Part shown: in pieces, positions 39,545-52,329 of the stretch
How the letters are laid out: every line of letters starts with the position of its first letter
Position numbering within the stretch: position 1 is the first letter of the stretch
Source: Octopus vulgaris
Lineage: Eukaryota
Direction: 5' to 3'
Length of the DNA stretch: 64,000 nt
Assembly (NCBI GenBank): GCA_951406725.2
Contig: OX597819.1
Span: forward strand, 13,888,001 to 13,952,000
The notes under the pieces: model-generated
Told to the model about the DNA's origin: nothing
Databases searched by the model: none
The model's input: the letters and a program-made list of their open reading frames with translations, nothing else
Position numbers and translations under genes: made by a program

Positions 39545-42500
39545 TTTGTACAAGGCCCGAAATTTTGGGGGAGGAGGTCAGTCGATTAGATCGACCCCAG
39601 TATGCAACTGGTACTTAATTTGTCGACTCCGAAAGGATGAAAGGGAAAGTCGACCTCGGCGGAATTTGAACTCAGAACGTAAAGACAGACGAAATATCTG
39701 TTTCTTTACAACCCACAAGGGGCTAGACACGTAGGGAACAAACAAGGACAGACAAACGGATTAAGTCGATTACATCGACCCGAGTGCGTAACTGGTACTT
39801 ATTTAATCGACCATTAAAGGGAAAGTCGACCTCGGCGGAATTTGAACTCAGAACGTAAAGACAGACGAAATATCTGTTTCTTTACTACCCACAAGGGGCT
39901 AGACACGTAGGGAACAAACAAGGACAGACAAACGGATTAAGTCGATTACATCGACCCGAGTGCGTAACTGGTACTTATTTAATCGACCATGAAAGGAAAG
40001 TCGACCTCGGCGGAATTTGAACTCAGAACGTAAAGACAGACGAAATATCTGTTTCTTTACTACCCACAAGGGGCTAGACACGTAGGGAACAAACAAGGAC
40101 AGACAAACGGATTAAGTCGATTACATCGACCCGAGTGCGTAACTGGTACTTATTTAATCGACCATGAAAGGGAAAGTCGACCTCGGCGGAATTTGAACTC
40201 AGAACGTAAAGACAGACGAAATATCTGTTTCTTTACTACCCACAAGGGGCTAGACACGTAGGGAACAAACAAGGACAGACAAACGGATTAAGTCGATTAC
40301 ATCGACCCGAGTGCGTAACTGGTACTTATTTAATCGACCATGAAAGGGAAAGTCGACCTCGGCGGAATTTGAACTCAGAACGTAAAGACAGACGAAATAT
40401 CTGTTTCTTTACTACCCACAAGGGGCTAGACACGTAGGGAACAAACAAGGACAGACAAACGGATTAAGTCGATTACATCGACCCGAGTGCGTAACTGGTA
40501 CTTATTTAATCGACCATGAAAGGGAAAGTCGACCTCGGCGGAATTTGAACTCAGAACGTAAAGACAGACGAAATATCTGTTTCTTTACTACCCACAAGGG
40601 GCTAGACACGTAGGGAACAAACAAGGACAGACAAACGGATTAAGTCGATTACATCGACCCGAGTGCGTAACTGGTACTTATTTAATCGACCATGAAAGGG
40701 AAAGTCGACCTTGGCGGAATTTGAACTCAGAACGTAAAGACAGACGAAATATCTGTTTCTTTACTACCCACAAGGGGCTAGACACGTAGGGAACAAACAA
40801 GGACAGACAAACGGATTAAGTCGATTACATCGACCCGAGTGCGTAACTGGTACTTATTTAATCGACCATGAAAGGGAAAGTCGACCTCGGCGGAATTTGA
40901 ACTCAGAACGTAAAGACAGACGAAATATCTGTTTCTTTACTACCCACAAGGGGCTAGACACGTAGGGAACAAACAAGGACAGACAAACGGATTAAGTCGA
41001 TTACATCGACCCGAGTGCGTAACTGGTACTTATTTAATAAGCGACCCTGAAAGGATGAAAGGCAAAGTCGACCTCGGCGGAATTTGAACTCAGAACGTAA
41101 AGACAGACGAAATATCTGTTTCTTTACTACCCACAAGGGGCTAGCTAGGGAACAAACAAGGACAGACGGATTAAGTCGATTACATAGTGCGTAACTGGTA
41201 CAATCGACCATGAAAGGGAAAGTCGACCTCGGCGGAATTTGAACTCAGAACGTAAAGACAGACGAAATATCTGTTTCTTTACTACCCACAAGGGGCTAGA
41301 ACGTAGGGAACAAACAAGGACAGACAAACGGATTAAGTCGATTACATCGACCCGAGTGCGTAACTGGTACTTATTTAATCGACCCTGAAAGGATGAAAGG
41401 CAAAGTCGACCTCGGCGGAATTTGAACTCAGAACGTAAAGACAGACGAAATATCTGTTTCTTTACTACCCACAAGGGGCTAGACACGTAGGGAACAAACA
41501 AGGACAGACAAACGGATTAAGTCGATTACATCGACCCGAGTGCGTAACTGGTACTTATTTAATCGACCATTAAAGGGAAAGTCGACCTCGGCGGAATTTG
41601 AACTCAGAACGTAAAGACAGACGAAATATCTGTTTCTTTACTACCCACAAGGGGCTAGACACGTAGGGAACAAACAAGGACAGACAAACGGATTAAGTCG
41701 ATTACATCGACCCGAGTGCGTAACTGGTACTTATTTAATCGACCCTGAAAGGATGAAAGGCAAAGTCGACCTCGGCGGAATTTGAACTCAGAACGTAAAG
41801 ACAGACGAAATACGTTTCTTTACTACCCACAAGGGCTAGACATCGGATTAAGTCGATTACATCGACCCGAGTGCGTAACTGGTACTTATTTACCCGACCA
41901 TGAAAGGGTCGCTCGGCGGAATTTGAACTCACGTAGGGTTTCTTTACTACCCACAAGGGGCAAGGACAAGGACAGAAACGGATTAAGTCGATTACATCGA
42001 CCCGAGTGCGTAACTGTGGTACTTATTTAATCGACCATGAAAGGGAAAGTCGACCTCGGCGGAATTTGAACTCAGAACGTAAAGACAGACGAAATATCTG
42101 TTTCTTTACTACCCACAAGGGGCTAGACACGTAGGGAACAAACAAGGACAGACAAACGGATTAAGTCGATTACATCGACCCGAGTGCGTAACTGGTACTT
42201 ATTTAATCGACCATGAAAGGGAAAGTCGACCTCGGCGGAATTTGAACTCAGAACGTAAAGACAGACGAAATATCTGTTTCTTTACTACCCACAAGGGGCT
42301 AGACACGTAGGGAACAAACAAGGACAGACAAACGGATTAAGTCGATTACATCGACCCGAGTGCGTAACTGGTACTTATTTAATCGACCATGAAAGGCAAA
42401 GTCGACCTCGGCGGAATTTGAACTCAGAACGTAAAGACAGACGAAATATCTGTTTCTTTACTACCCACAAGGGGCTAGACACGTAGGGAACAAACAAGGA

Positions 42501-42683
42501 CAGACAAACGGATTAAGTCGATTACATCGACCCGAGTGCGTAACTGGTACTTATTTAAGCGACCCTGAAAGGATGAAAGGCAAAGTCGACCTCGGCGGAA
42601 TTTGAACTCAGTACGTAATGGCAGACGAAATTTCACTAAGCATTTCGCCTGGTGTGCTAACGTTTCTGCCAGCTCGCCGCCTT
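39545..42683 (-). repeat. SINE-C-derived tandem array, ~176-bp unit, about 17 copies
   Basis: Units at 39721, 39897, 40072, 40248 ... 42473; single SINE head at 42683 and single tail at 39545. Confidence 0.95.
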
Positions 42684-43118
42684 AAATACACGCACGCACA
42701 GCGCGGAGACGTAAATGGAACAGTCGTAGAAAGTGCCAGTCAAATCTACGCGATGTGTGGGAATAGTAAACGACGGTGTATCCTGTGCATGTTGCAGATT
42801 CTCATCGGAAAAGCCAGGTAGTTTGCATGGTACAGGTCATAGACTTGTTGAAACAGGTCACTTCGGCCTGAGGCAAATTTCTACAGCTTGCTGCTACGAT
42901 CACGTTAGTAATTAAGTACACACACACACACACAAACACGTGTGTATTTGTGTGTATGCATTGTAATTAGAAACACGGCTGTGATTTTGTTCTATTTCTT
43001 TTATAAAGGTTATACCTGGTTGTCGTATGTTTTTCTTCGATAAAAGATAACGCACAAACACTCTTATTTTCAATACAAGTCTAAAACAAAAGTTATTTCA
43101 CACACACACACACACATG

Positions 43119-43163
<45 letters not shown>

Positions 43164-43167
<4 letters not shown>

Positions 43168-43370
43168 GTTGGTGCATAATTATTGCGGCTTTTTTTTTTC
43201 AATAAATTCTATTCAACAAAAAAATTTTAACAAAACGCCGAGCAGAAATTGAAGTAGATGGTGAATATGCTCCGGAATAATCGTTTAAAGATGTATTTGT
43301 TAAATGTTGTTATTGTTTTTGTTAAATAAAATATTTTGAAAAAAGCCGCAATAACTATGCACCAACCTAA
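43164..43370. mobile_element. Mariner-derived MITE
   Basis: TIRs TTAGGTTGGTGCATAATTATTGCGGCTTTTT / AAAAAGCCGCAATAACTATGCACCAACCTAA; at the edge of (TA)n. Confidence 0.85.
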
Positions 43371-43372
43371 TG

Positions 43373-44659
43373 TTGGGTTGTCCGGAAAGTTCGTGCCGAT
43401 TTATAGCAGCTTACCTTTCGACTTATTTTAGAACATAGTTGAGTCCATAAAATAGGATTTGACTACATCTCCATTTAGAGCACAGTTTAAGCTATCTTTT
43501 CGTGGAAGAAGGTTTATGTTCCTATAACCTGTGTTAATTTTGTAACCCTATAAAATGGAAGATAAAAAAGTTCATTTTCGGCACTTGATGCTTTTCTTTT
43601 TCCGTAAAGGGAAAAATGCCTCACAAGCAACCAAAGAAATATGCGCAGTTTACGATGACGTTTCTTTATCCGAAAGAACTGTACGGAAGTGGTTCGCAAG
43701 GTTCCGAGCTGGAGATTGTAGCCTTATTGATAAAGAGCGATCAGGCAGACCATCCACTACAGATGATGACCAAATCAAGTCATTAATTGAGAATAACCCA
43801 CATTGCACAACTCGAGAATTGGCAGAAAGCCTCAACCTATCAAAATCCGTCGTTCATGAGCACTTGGTAAAGCTTGGGTACACAAATCGCTACGATGTTT
43901 GGGTACCACATGAGTTGAGTGAGAAGAACCTTTTGGATCGCATTCCCATCTGTGATTCGCTTTATAAACGGAATGAAAACGCGCCTTTTTTAAAGCAAAT
44001 TGTGACAGGTGATGAGAAATGGATTATCTACCGAAATGTTCAGAGAAAGCGATCCTGGAGTAAGCGACATGAGCCACCCTTAGCCACCCTAAAAGTGGGT
44101 CTTCACCTTAAAAAAGGCTTGCTTTGTGTCTGGTGGGATTGGAAAGGAATTCTGTACTATGAGCTTTTCCCAAGTAACCAGACAATTAATTCTGAGAAAT
44201 ACTGCACACAACTGGACAAGTTAAAAGTAGCAATTCAAGAGAAACGTCCAGAATTGGCCAACAGGAAGAGTGTTATTTTCCAACATGGTAATGCAAGACC
44301 GCACGTTTTTTGGGGAACCAGACAAAAATTACTGCAGCTCGGCTGGGATGTGTTACCCCACTCTCCATATTCACCAGATATTGTTCCTTCGGATTTCTAC
44401 TTATTCAGATCTCTGCTGCCGAACAGTCTTAATGGTAAAAATTTCAATTCCTTGGATGACGTAAAAAGATACCTTGATGAATTCTTTGCCATGAGACCAC
44501 CCCAGTTCTGGGAAGAGGGTATTTTCAAGTTAAAGGAAAGATGGAGACGCATTGTGCTACAAAATGGTTCATATTTGGTTGATTAAAAATGTAACGGCAA
44601 GTATTTATTGACCTTTTTTTTTCCTTTAAAAATCGGCACAAACTTTCCGGACAACCCAA
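43373..44659 (+). mobile_element. Full-length mariner transposon (~1.29 kb)
   Basis: ~30-bp TIRs TTGGGTTGTCCGGAAAGTTCGTGCCGATTT / AAATCGGCACAAACTTTCCGGACAACCCAA; TA on the right flank, TG on the left. Confidence 0.95.
43555..44586 (+). CDS. Mariner (DD34D-type) transposase, 343 aa, probably catalytically dead
   Basis: WVPHEL, TGDEKW, HGNARPH (canonical HDNARPH), YSPDIVPSDFYLF. Confidence 0.9.
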   Translation: MEDKKVHFRHLMLFFFRKGKNASQATKEICAVYDDVSLSERTVRKWFARFRAGDCSLIDKERSGRPSTTDDDQIKSLIENNPHCTTRELAESLNLSKSVVHEHLVKLGYTNRYDVWVPHELSEKNLLDRIPICDSLYKRNENAPFLKQIVTGDEKWIIYRNVQRKRSWSKRHEPPLATLKVGLHLKKGLLCVWWDWKGILYYELFPSNQTINSEKYCTQLDKLKVAIQEKRPELANRKSVIFQHGNARPHVFWGTRQKLLQLGWDVLPHSPYSPDIVPSDFYLFRSLLPNSLNGKNFNSLDDVKRYLDEFFAMRPPQFWEEGIFKLKERWRRIVLQNGSYLVD

Positions 44660-44664
44660 TATAT

Positions 44665-45257
44665 GCTTTCGGTGCGAAGGTTTTTTTTTTTAATACGGCG
44701 CCATGATTTACAATCCTGCAAGTCGCCTCACGGGCGATTTACAATCGCCGGTGAGGCGACCTTCCATGACAGGGTTCTCCTGCTTGTATGGCATGGTACA
44801 GAGTCCTGTTGCCAGACATAGGGTATTCTAGCAGTCACCCTCTTGAGCCGGGGCAGTACTATCTTACCTTCTCCAGGTACTTGATGTAGGCCTCCGTTTT
44901 GAGTCTGATGCCGTATGGGAAGATGAATGGAGGCATAACATCGCCATCACTAGTGATCACTCCAAACACCATGATGTTGACTGGATGTTTGATTTTTAGC
45001 ACTCTCAGTACATGTCCTCAGATTGACACTCAAACACTCTGAAATGTTCATATTGGAGCTTCTGGCGTGAAAGCCAAGTAGTACAGCATGTCTTTCCAAA
45101 TTTCTGGCAGAGTGAATTGCGTGATGGTTCTGTTATTCTCACAGACAGTGCCCTGCTGACCCTACCATACTGTTTAGTCGACGAAATCAAAAACAAATAA
45201 TGAGCATGCGCGAAATTAAAAACATAAAATGGCAGCAATTACCATTCGCACCCGGTA
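44665..45257 (-). mobile_element. Internally deleted maT/DD37D-like Tc1-mariner relic
   Basis: Minus strand KHPVNIMVFGVITSDGDVMPPFIFP...AYIKYLE and YVWQQDSVPCHTS; end TACCGGGTGCGAATGG. Confidence 0.75.
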
Positions 45258-45329
45258 TGTATGTATGTTTGTATGTATGTATGTATGTATGTATGTATGT
45301 ATGTATGTATGTATGTATGTATGTATGTA

Positions 45330-45490
45330 TTGTTGAAATTTGTAGAAAAACAAAAGACGAAGACAGGTGTATGGACAACAAGTAAGTGTATTAGTTTGAC
45401 GCTTTGGAAAATGAAAAATTCTTTTACGTTTCGAGCCTACGCTCTTCATCAGAAAGGAACAAAAGAAAATAAACATAGAGAGAATGAAAA
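45330..45490 (-). mobile_element. Hammerhead-bearing short element next to (TATG)n
   Basis: Homolog of 37230-37395. Confidence 0.75.
45421..45456 (-). ncRNA. Minimal hammerhead ribozyme, intact core
   Basis: CUUU-CUGAUGA-A-GAGC(GUAG)GCUC-GAAA-CG-UA-AAAG. Confidence 0.8.
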
Positions 45491-45531
45491 AACGAAAAAA
45501 AAAACTTGTAGATTTCAGTGGCTCAGCATGG

Positions 45532-45587
<56 letters not shown>

Positions 45588-45674
45588 CATATATATGTAT
45601 ATATATGTCAGACAATGGATTGATTGCAAAGATATGAACTGCACTCAATCTTTCTACTTTGACATTGTCTCTAC

Positions 45675-45711
<37 letters not shown>

Positions 45712-46307
45712 GTTAATATAAATTTTCTTTCATTTAGAGACAAGGCCCAAACAATTGGTAGTAGAGATAGTATCAATGTATAGAGATTGTGTGAAGTTCA
45801 TATATTTATAATCAATCGCTTACCCGATTTAATACGGTGACCTGCCCCCCTCGATGTCTTTGGCGGGGACCAGATACTGATGCTCTGGAAAAAGATTTTT
45901 AATACTGCCCCTTAAAAACCACGTGGAGTTCAACATAGGCCCTTAATTAAATCTAATGTAATACAAGTGTTGCGAGCTTCTGTTATATTTCGACTTACAA
46001 ATGTTTTGATACATGCTCAAAGAAAAAAAAATTGAAACCCTTTGATGAAGTTCGCAAAAAGCGAGGGGAAATATGATAAAAAGAAAACATTAAAAGTCCT
46101 CAAATGAAATTCATTGTGTTATAGAAGTATTCAATGAAAGACCGTAAGAACACAGAAGTAAAAATAATTTTTAGTAATTATTACAGTTCAATGAAGGTCA
46201 CCTTGGAATTTTAGGAAGGTTTACAGTAGCTGTTATGTTTGGGTTGGGAATAAGATGGACAATTTGAGCCATTCTGTCAAATTGCTTATTAATATGATGC
46301 CATTCTT

Positions 46308-46625
46308 GAAGGTGATGCGCTGGTAAAACCGTAAGCATAGCGGACAAAATGCTTAGCGGCTTTTCGTCCGTCTTTACGTTTTGAGTTCAAATTTCGCCGA
46401 GATCGATTTTGCCTTCCATTCTTTTGCAGGTCGATAAAATAAGTACTGGTTGTGCCCTGGGGGTCGATGTAATTGACTTATCCCCTCCTCCGAACTTGCT
46501 GGCTTTGTGCCAAAATTTGAAACCAATGTAGCGCCATTTTGGAAGGCAGCGAGCTGGCAGAACCGTTAGCACGCCAAGCAAAATGCTTAGCGGTATTTAG
46601 CTTGACTTTACGTTTTGAGTTCAAA
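46308..46625 (+). mobile_element. SINE family C copy plus a 5' fragment
   Basis: Family match. Confidence 0.75.
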
Positions 46626-46773
46626 TAATGCCTTTATGGGAAAGGGAGTCTCTGGAGTGATTAGTCTTAAGTCAGCTCTGATCCAACCGTGACCATTTGG
46701 TCATATTTCCCTCCTTAAATATACTTCGCTCTTTCAATTCGTTTGTGCTATATTCTAACTATAAATACTTCGT

Positions 46774-46807
<34 letters not shown>

Positions 46808-46819
46808 CAGTGATTAGGT

Positions 46820-47036
46820 TCTCTTTTATCTCTTTTACTTGTTTCAGTCATTTGATTGCGGCCATGCTGGAACACCGCCCCCAGTCGAGCAAATCGACCC
46901 CGGGACTTATTCTTTGTGAGCCCAGTACTTATTCTATCGGTCTCTTTTGCCAAACCGCTAAGTGACGGGGACGTAAACACATCAGCATCGGTTGTCAAGC
47001 AGGGGGACAAACACAGACACACAAACACACAGACAA

Positions 47037-47067
<31 letters not shown>

Positions 47068-47242
47068 TATACATACATATATACGACAGGCTTCTTTCAG
47101 TTTCCGTCTACCAAATCCACTCACAAGGCATTGGTCGGCCCGGGGCTATAGCAGAAGACACTTTCCCCAAGATGCCACGCAGTGGGACTGAACCCGGAAC
47201 CATGTGGCTGGTTAGCAAGCTACTTACCACACAGCCACTCCT
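46820..47242 (-). mobile_element. SINE family B
   Basis: Full reverse copy. Confidence 0.9.
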
Positions 47243-48194
47243 GCCAATAATCTCTAAGAGAGAACAATCTCTATATTTGTTTGTAGAGTAAAAATATCAT
47301 ACGAATTTGAAAGACCAATCCCCATAATCACCACCTGTGATTCCATCTCTTTTAAGGAAATCTTCGGATCGGGTTTTTGAAATGGATGTGCTCGCGCGCG
47401 CGAAAATTCCGAAGGGAGACTTTACAAAGTTTGGAATGTTTCGTGTTATTTTGTTTCGTTATTCTTTAAAGAATTCCGTTCTCTTTTGAAGAACGTAAAT
47501 GAAAACAGTCGTCATATCTAAAAATAGATTCCACAGAATCAGGCGCTCTGGCAGATTTCCCACCGTCAAATCGTGGCTTACGTCTTAAGATAAAATAAGG
47601 ATGCATTTACTAAATCTGGTTCGAGGTTTTAATGTATTCAAGGAGAACAAAAAATGACAGGGTGACGACGGTTGGAAAAAGAGAGAGAACTGGAAGAGAA
47701 AGGGAGGAGGTCGCAAGAGAACCAAGAAACGAAACGAAACACAAACCAACAAAAGGACAAATAACAACAATAATAATAATATTTGATGTTTCATCATATA
47801 CCAAAAAGAAATAGATACAATTATATAAACATACATATATACATACATATATATACATACACACACACTCTACGCCATTCTCAATTCACGTATTTGTAAA
47901 GAGTATATGAATAAATAAATAAATAAATAAATAAAATAAATACACGAGTAATGGGTGGCGGGGGTGGGGGAAGTGGTATAGGGGTGGTGGGTAGGTTTCA
48001 ACGAAAAGAAAAACAACGTATCGCGTTGAAAGAACTGAAAAGCTTTGAGAAGGAGTTCTTCCCACAGTCCCGTGTTTCAAATTGACTCATCAGGCCACTA
48101 ACTCTTTTATCATTATCTACTTACCTGTGTGTGTGTGTGTGTATGTGTATTTTAGGTACAAAATTATGTATACACTCATATACATACATACATA

Positions 48195-48356
48195 GGCTGA
48201 GGAGTGGCTGTGTGGTAAGAAGCTTGCTTCCCAACTACATGGTTCCGGGTTCAGTCCTACTGCGTGGCACTTTGAGCAAGTGTCTTCTACTATGGCCTCG
48301 GGCCGACCAAAGCCTTGTGAGTAGATTTGGTACACGGAAACTGAAAGAAGCTCGTC

Positions 48357-48420
<64 letters not shown>

Positions 48421-48612
48421 TTGTTCCCCCCACCATCGCTTGACAACCGATGGTGGTGTGTTTATGTCTCCGTAACTTAGCGGTTCGGCAAAACAGCCCG
48501 ATAGAATAAGTGCTAGGCTTACAAAGAATAAGTCTTGGGGTCGAATTGTCCGACTAAAAGCAGTGCTCCAGCATAGCCACAGTCAAATGACTGAAACAAA
48601 TAAAAGATAAAT
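48195..48612 (+). mobile_element. SINE family B
   Basis: Full copy. Confidence 0.9.
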
Positions 48613-48623
48613 GATATATATAT

Positions 48624-48715
48624 ACAATAATCCCTCGACTCTCTCGCAGTTGTTACGTTCTAAACCCCACCGCGATAGGTGAAAATCCGCGAAGTAGAAA
48701 CACTACTGTACTGTA
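48624..48715 (+). mobile_element. Tigger/pogo-like MITE end
   Basis: TA|CAATAATCCCTCGACTCTCTCGCAGTT...CCGCGATAGGTGAAAATCCGCG resembles Tigger-type termini; no partner TIR seen. Confidence 0.45.
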
Positions 48716-48718
48716 CTG

Positions 48719-48781
<63 letters not shown>

Positions 48782-48957
48782 GATCTAACTACAGCTGGTA
48801 TGTGATCTTCTTCTAGCGTATGGTTATCCACCTAGTGGTTTTTTAGCCCTAAATATACACATATATTGAAATTTTTTCTGATTTTTCAGATTTTTTATAT
48901 ATGCTAGGCTACTGGTTTTAAATTGATATTAATTAAATTAATATTCAATTTATCTCC

Positions 48958-49002
<45 letters not shown>

Positions 49003-49006
<4 letters not shown>

Positions 49007-49360
49007 TTATTTATATTATATAGAGGGTACTTATATTATATATTCATAGGTACCGCACGCTAGGAGGGACTTTTGCAGTCAAAACTACTAAAATAAACAA
49101 ATTGTACCGAATGCAAAACTTCAAAGCAAGTCATTTAAAAACAGAATTTAGTTACTAAATTCTGTTTTTAAATTTTAGTAGTTTTGACTGCAAAAGTCCC
49201 TCCTAGCGTGCGGTACCTATGAATAATAGTACCCTCTATATAATATAAATAAGTATTTTCAAAGTTGAAAAAATTTACAGATTTTTTCTCTTACGGGGTT
49301 TTTCACGCTAACTACTTGATAATTTCTTGTAAAGATTTTATCCTATTTTAAAATTTATAT
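49003..49360. repeat. Fold-back element in (TA)n without a recognisable hammerhead
   Basis: Arms ~49003-49093 / 49172-49256 plus an inner hairpin 49132-49172. Confidence 0.8.
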
Positions 49361-49896
49361 ATACACACATATATATATCTTTTATTTTAATAATTTGTAT
49401 ATATTTATTTTATAATAAATGCAAAACAACACCACGCAAGAATCGACGTAAGCTTAAATAATAAACCGCGATATGTGAAGCGCGATATGGTGTGGGATTA
49501 CTCTGTGTGTGCGTGTGTGCATATGTATACGCATAGGTATATGCATATTTGTGCATATACCCATATATATATATATAGGTATACACACACACACTCACAC
49601 ATACATACACGACATGGTAGAGACGGGAAATGGATTATACAGGAACTTTTATTGCTCACAGCGATCGATCCCTCGCAGGTGGGCTACTGTACAACTTGTT
49701 GTGGTGCATCCCTCGGCGCAGAAGTGTCTCGTCGAGTGATGCTATAAGGGACACCTCGTTCAATAAACCCCGTTTCGTTCGGTTTTTATACGGCATGTTG
49801 TTAGTGACCGTCGGTTTAAACTGTTGGGCAGGAATGGCAAGGGACAGATTCCGTTGCGACTTTATACTCAAAGACGGAGTAATTAAGGAAAATAAG

Positions 49897-50262
49897 AAGA
49901 ACCAGAGGGCACAAACCTCCGCCAAGGCAACACCAACGTTCTCCCAACGATTAGCCGGAGATGAATTTTAAATTGAGAATGTCTGAAATAAACTCGACTG
50001 CTCTCACAACCGAGAATACTAAAAATGAACCTGATCGGTCCCAAAAATTAAGTAAAAAAAAAAAAAAAAAAAAAAATTCAGAATCTTTGTTCGGTATCGG
50101 ATCGATCCCAAAATCTAATCAGTTCATGCCAGTCACAGGGTCAAACATCCCTGAAAGTTTCATCCGAATCCATCCAGCGGTTCTTGAGATATCTTGTCCG
50201 CAGACAAACAAACAAACGCGACTGAAAACAATACCTCCGCCTTCGCTAAGGCGGAGGTAATA
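49897..50262. mobile_element. Helentron/DINE-1-like non-autonomous element
   Basis: Terminal hairpin TACCTCCGCCTT-CGCT-AAGGCGGAGGTA, subterminal ACCTCCGCC copy at the other end, (AAAC)n tract. Confidence 0.6.
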
Positions 50263-50323
50263 ATAATAATAATATACAACAAAGTAAAATATCAGTGCCC
50301 ACATTTTGTATGTGTGTGTGTGG

Positions 50324-50370
<47 letters not shown>

Positions 50371-50405
50371 TGCACACACACAAAATTATATGCATAAAAA
50401 ATTTC

Positions 50406-50453
<48 letters not shown>

Positions 50454-50457
50454 CATA

Positions 50458-50741
50458 CAATGGCCCAGTGGTTAGGGCAGCGGACTCGCGGTCGTAGGAT
50501 CGCTGTTTCGATTCCCAGGCTGGGCGTTGTGAGTGTTTATTGAGCGAAAACACCTAAAAGCTCCACGAGGCTCCGGCAGGGGGTGGTGGCGATCCCTGCT
50601 GTACTCTTTCACCACTCTGTCTCCCACTCTTTCTTCTGTTGGCCTGCTCGCTTAGCCAGCGGGGTGGCATCATTCGAAGGCCAAAACAATGCGAATGCAT
50701 TGTGACCAGCGATGGTCTGGTCGGTCACGTGATCACGTGAT
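50458..50741 (+). mobile_element. tRNA-headed SINE family D
   Basis: TGGCCCAGTGG...GTTTCGATTCCC head; near-identical to 53287-53591; ends CACGTGATCACGTGAT. Confidence 0.85.
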
Positions 50742-51059
50742 ATATATATATATACACACACACACGCACGTGTGTGTGTGCGTGCGCGCGCATCGAAATC
50801 TCTCTCTCCCCCCTCCCCCCACATACACGTACAATTCTGTATACACAGAAACAAAGCGTTAAAGATTAATGTTATGCAAATTAGTAGTTTCCAGTTCTCT
50901 GAAGCTACTTGATTCGATATGTATATAAAGAGAATGGCTACTTGCTTCTGTAGTAAAAATTGTCTACTTTGTAGGATATATTTAAAGGTAATAACGACCA
51001 GTAATGTGTGTAAGGACTAGTTATATGATATATATTGTGTGCAAAAAAAGATTAAAAAA

Positions 51060-52145
51060 AAACAAACTAACTTGGCTTCAGTGACAAGATCAAGCTGGAG
51101 GGACAAGATCAAGGCGATGTCATTTCACTGAAGTTGTCGTCAACAAAATCTAGTGGGACCAGAAGAACATTGATAGAGAATAACTATGCCACCTGGAACT
51201 GGAGGAAATGCTCGTCGATATCTACGTTAGAAGCCTGAAGGCAGCGAGCTGACTGAAACGTTAGCACGCTGGGCGAAATGCGTAGTCGTATTTCGTCTGC
51301 CGTTACGTTCTGAGTTCAAATTCCGCCGAAGTCGACTTTGCCTTTCATCTTTTCATGGTCGATACATTAAGTACCAGTTACGCACTGGGGTCGATATAAT
51401 CGACTTAATCCGTTTGTCTGTCCTCGTTTGTCCCCTCTATGTTTAGCCCCTTGTGGGTAGTAAAGAAACAGATATCTACGTTAGAAGCCTGAAGGCGGCG
51501 AGCTGGCAGAAACGTTAGCACGCTGGGTGAAATGCGTAGTCGTATTTCGTCTGCCGTTACGTTCTGAGTTCAAATTCCACCGAAGTCGACTTTGCCTTTC
51601 ATCTTTTCATGGTCGATACAATAAGTACCAGTTACGCACTGGGGTCGATATAATTGACTTAATCCGTTTGTCCTCTCTGTGCTTAGCCCCTTGTGGGTAG
51701 TAAAGAAATAGATATCTACGTTAGAAGCCTGAGCATGAATTTTGGAATAGGCCAGCGCCCGTCACTGTAAACGTCAAGACCTGGGAAAGATGGTGACGGA
51801 AATCTCGCTCTTAATTTCCCGGAGGAGAAGAATTGCGCTTAATTGGGCGACCTTTCAGAAGGTGAAATATCTCATGAGAAGTCCCAAAGTTTCCATGAAA
51901 ATTAAAAGAGAGATCTTCAGCGAGTACATCATGTCAGTGATTATTTACGACAGTGAAACATGGGCTTTCAACATTACCATCTTCCTCGGCATTATATTGC
52001 TGGGACAAGAAAACCAACGATGGCACGCGAGAGTCAACGACATCTTAAGAACCATCAAGGAGAACAAGTGTAGATGGCTGGCCACATCGGGCGGCGTAAT
52101 GGACATCAAAACATAGGGCTGACATAAAGTTGACCAAAGATAAGA
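51060..52145 (+). pseudogene. Decayed RTE-clade RT fragment interrupted by two SINE C copies
   Basis: QGDVISLKL; RRRIALNWATF...IKREIFSEYIMSVIIYDSETWAF. Confidence 0.7.
51217..51732 (+). mobile_element. TSD-SINE C-TSD-SINE C-TSD tandem
   Basis: 22-bp GATATCTACGTTAGAAGCCTGA at 51217, 51471 and 51711. Confidence 0.9.
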
Positions 52146-52329
52146 TGGCGAGATGATACCTGGGACCTACATGGCCACGACTGGCCCCAGAGTCAGACAT
52201 CAGTGAAAGAGCCCAGGGAGGGGTTCCTCCTTTAAGATGAAAGAATAAAAGAAAGACTTTGATGCCATATATAAATTGACCGAAGAAAACAACATTCAGG
52301 AGAGACTTTGCTCTCAACTATGGTCACCT

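Noticed and set aside
39545-42683. CRISPR-like array
   Set aside because: Units are fully repeated SINE sequence with no unique spacers and no cas genes; the DNA is eukaryotic.
48060-48100. Minus-strand CTGATGA-GTCAATTT-GAAACAC hammerhead
   Set aside because: No UH site in register and no stem I.
49600-49890. CpG-rich unique stretch with 76-113 aa ORFs
   Set aside because: No recognisable protein motif or splice structure; likely an unidentified transposon fragment.
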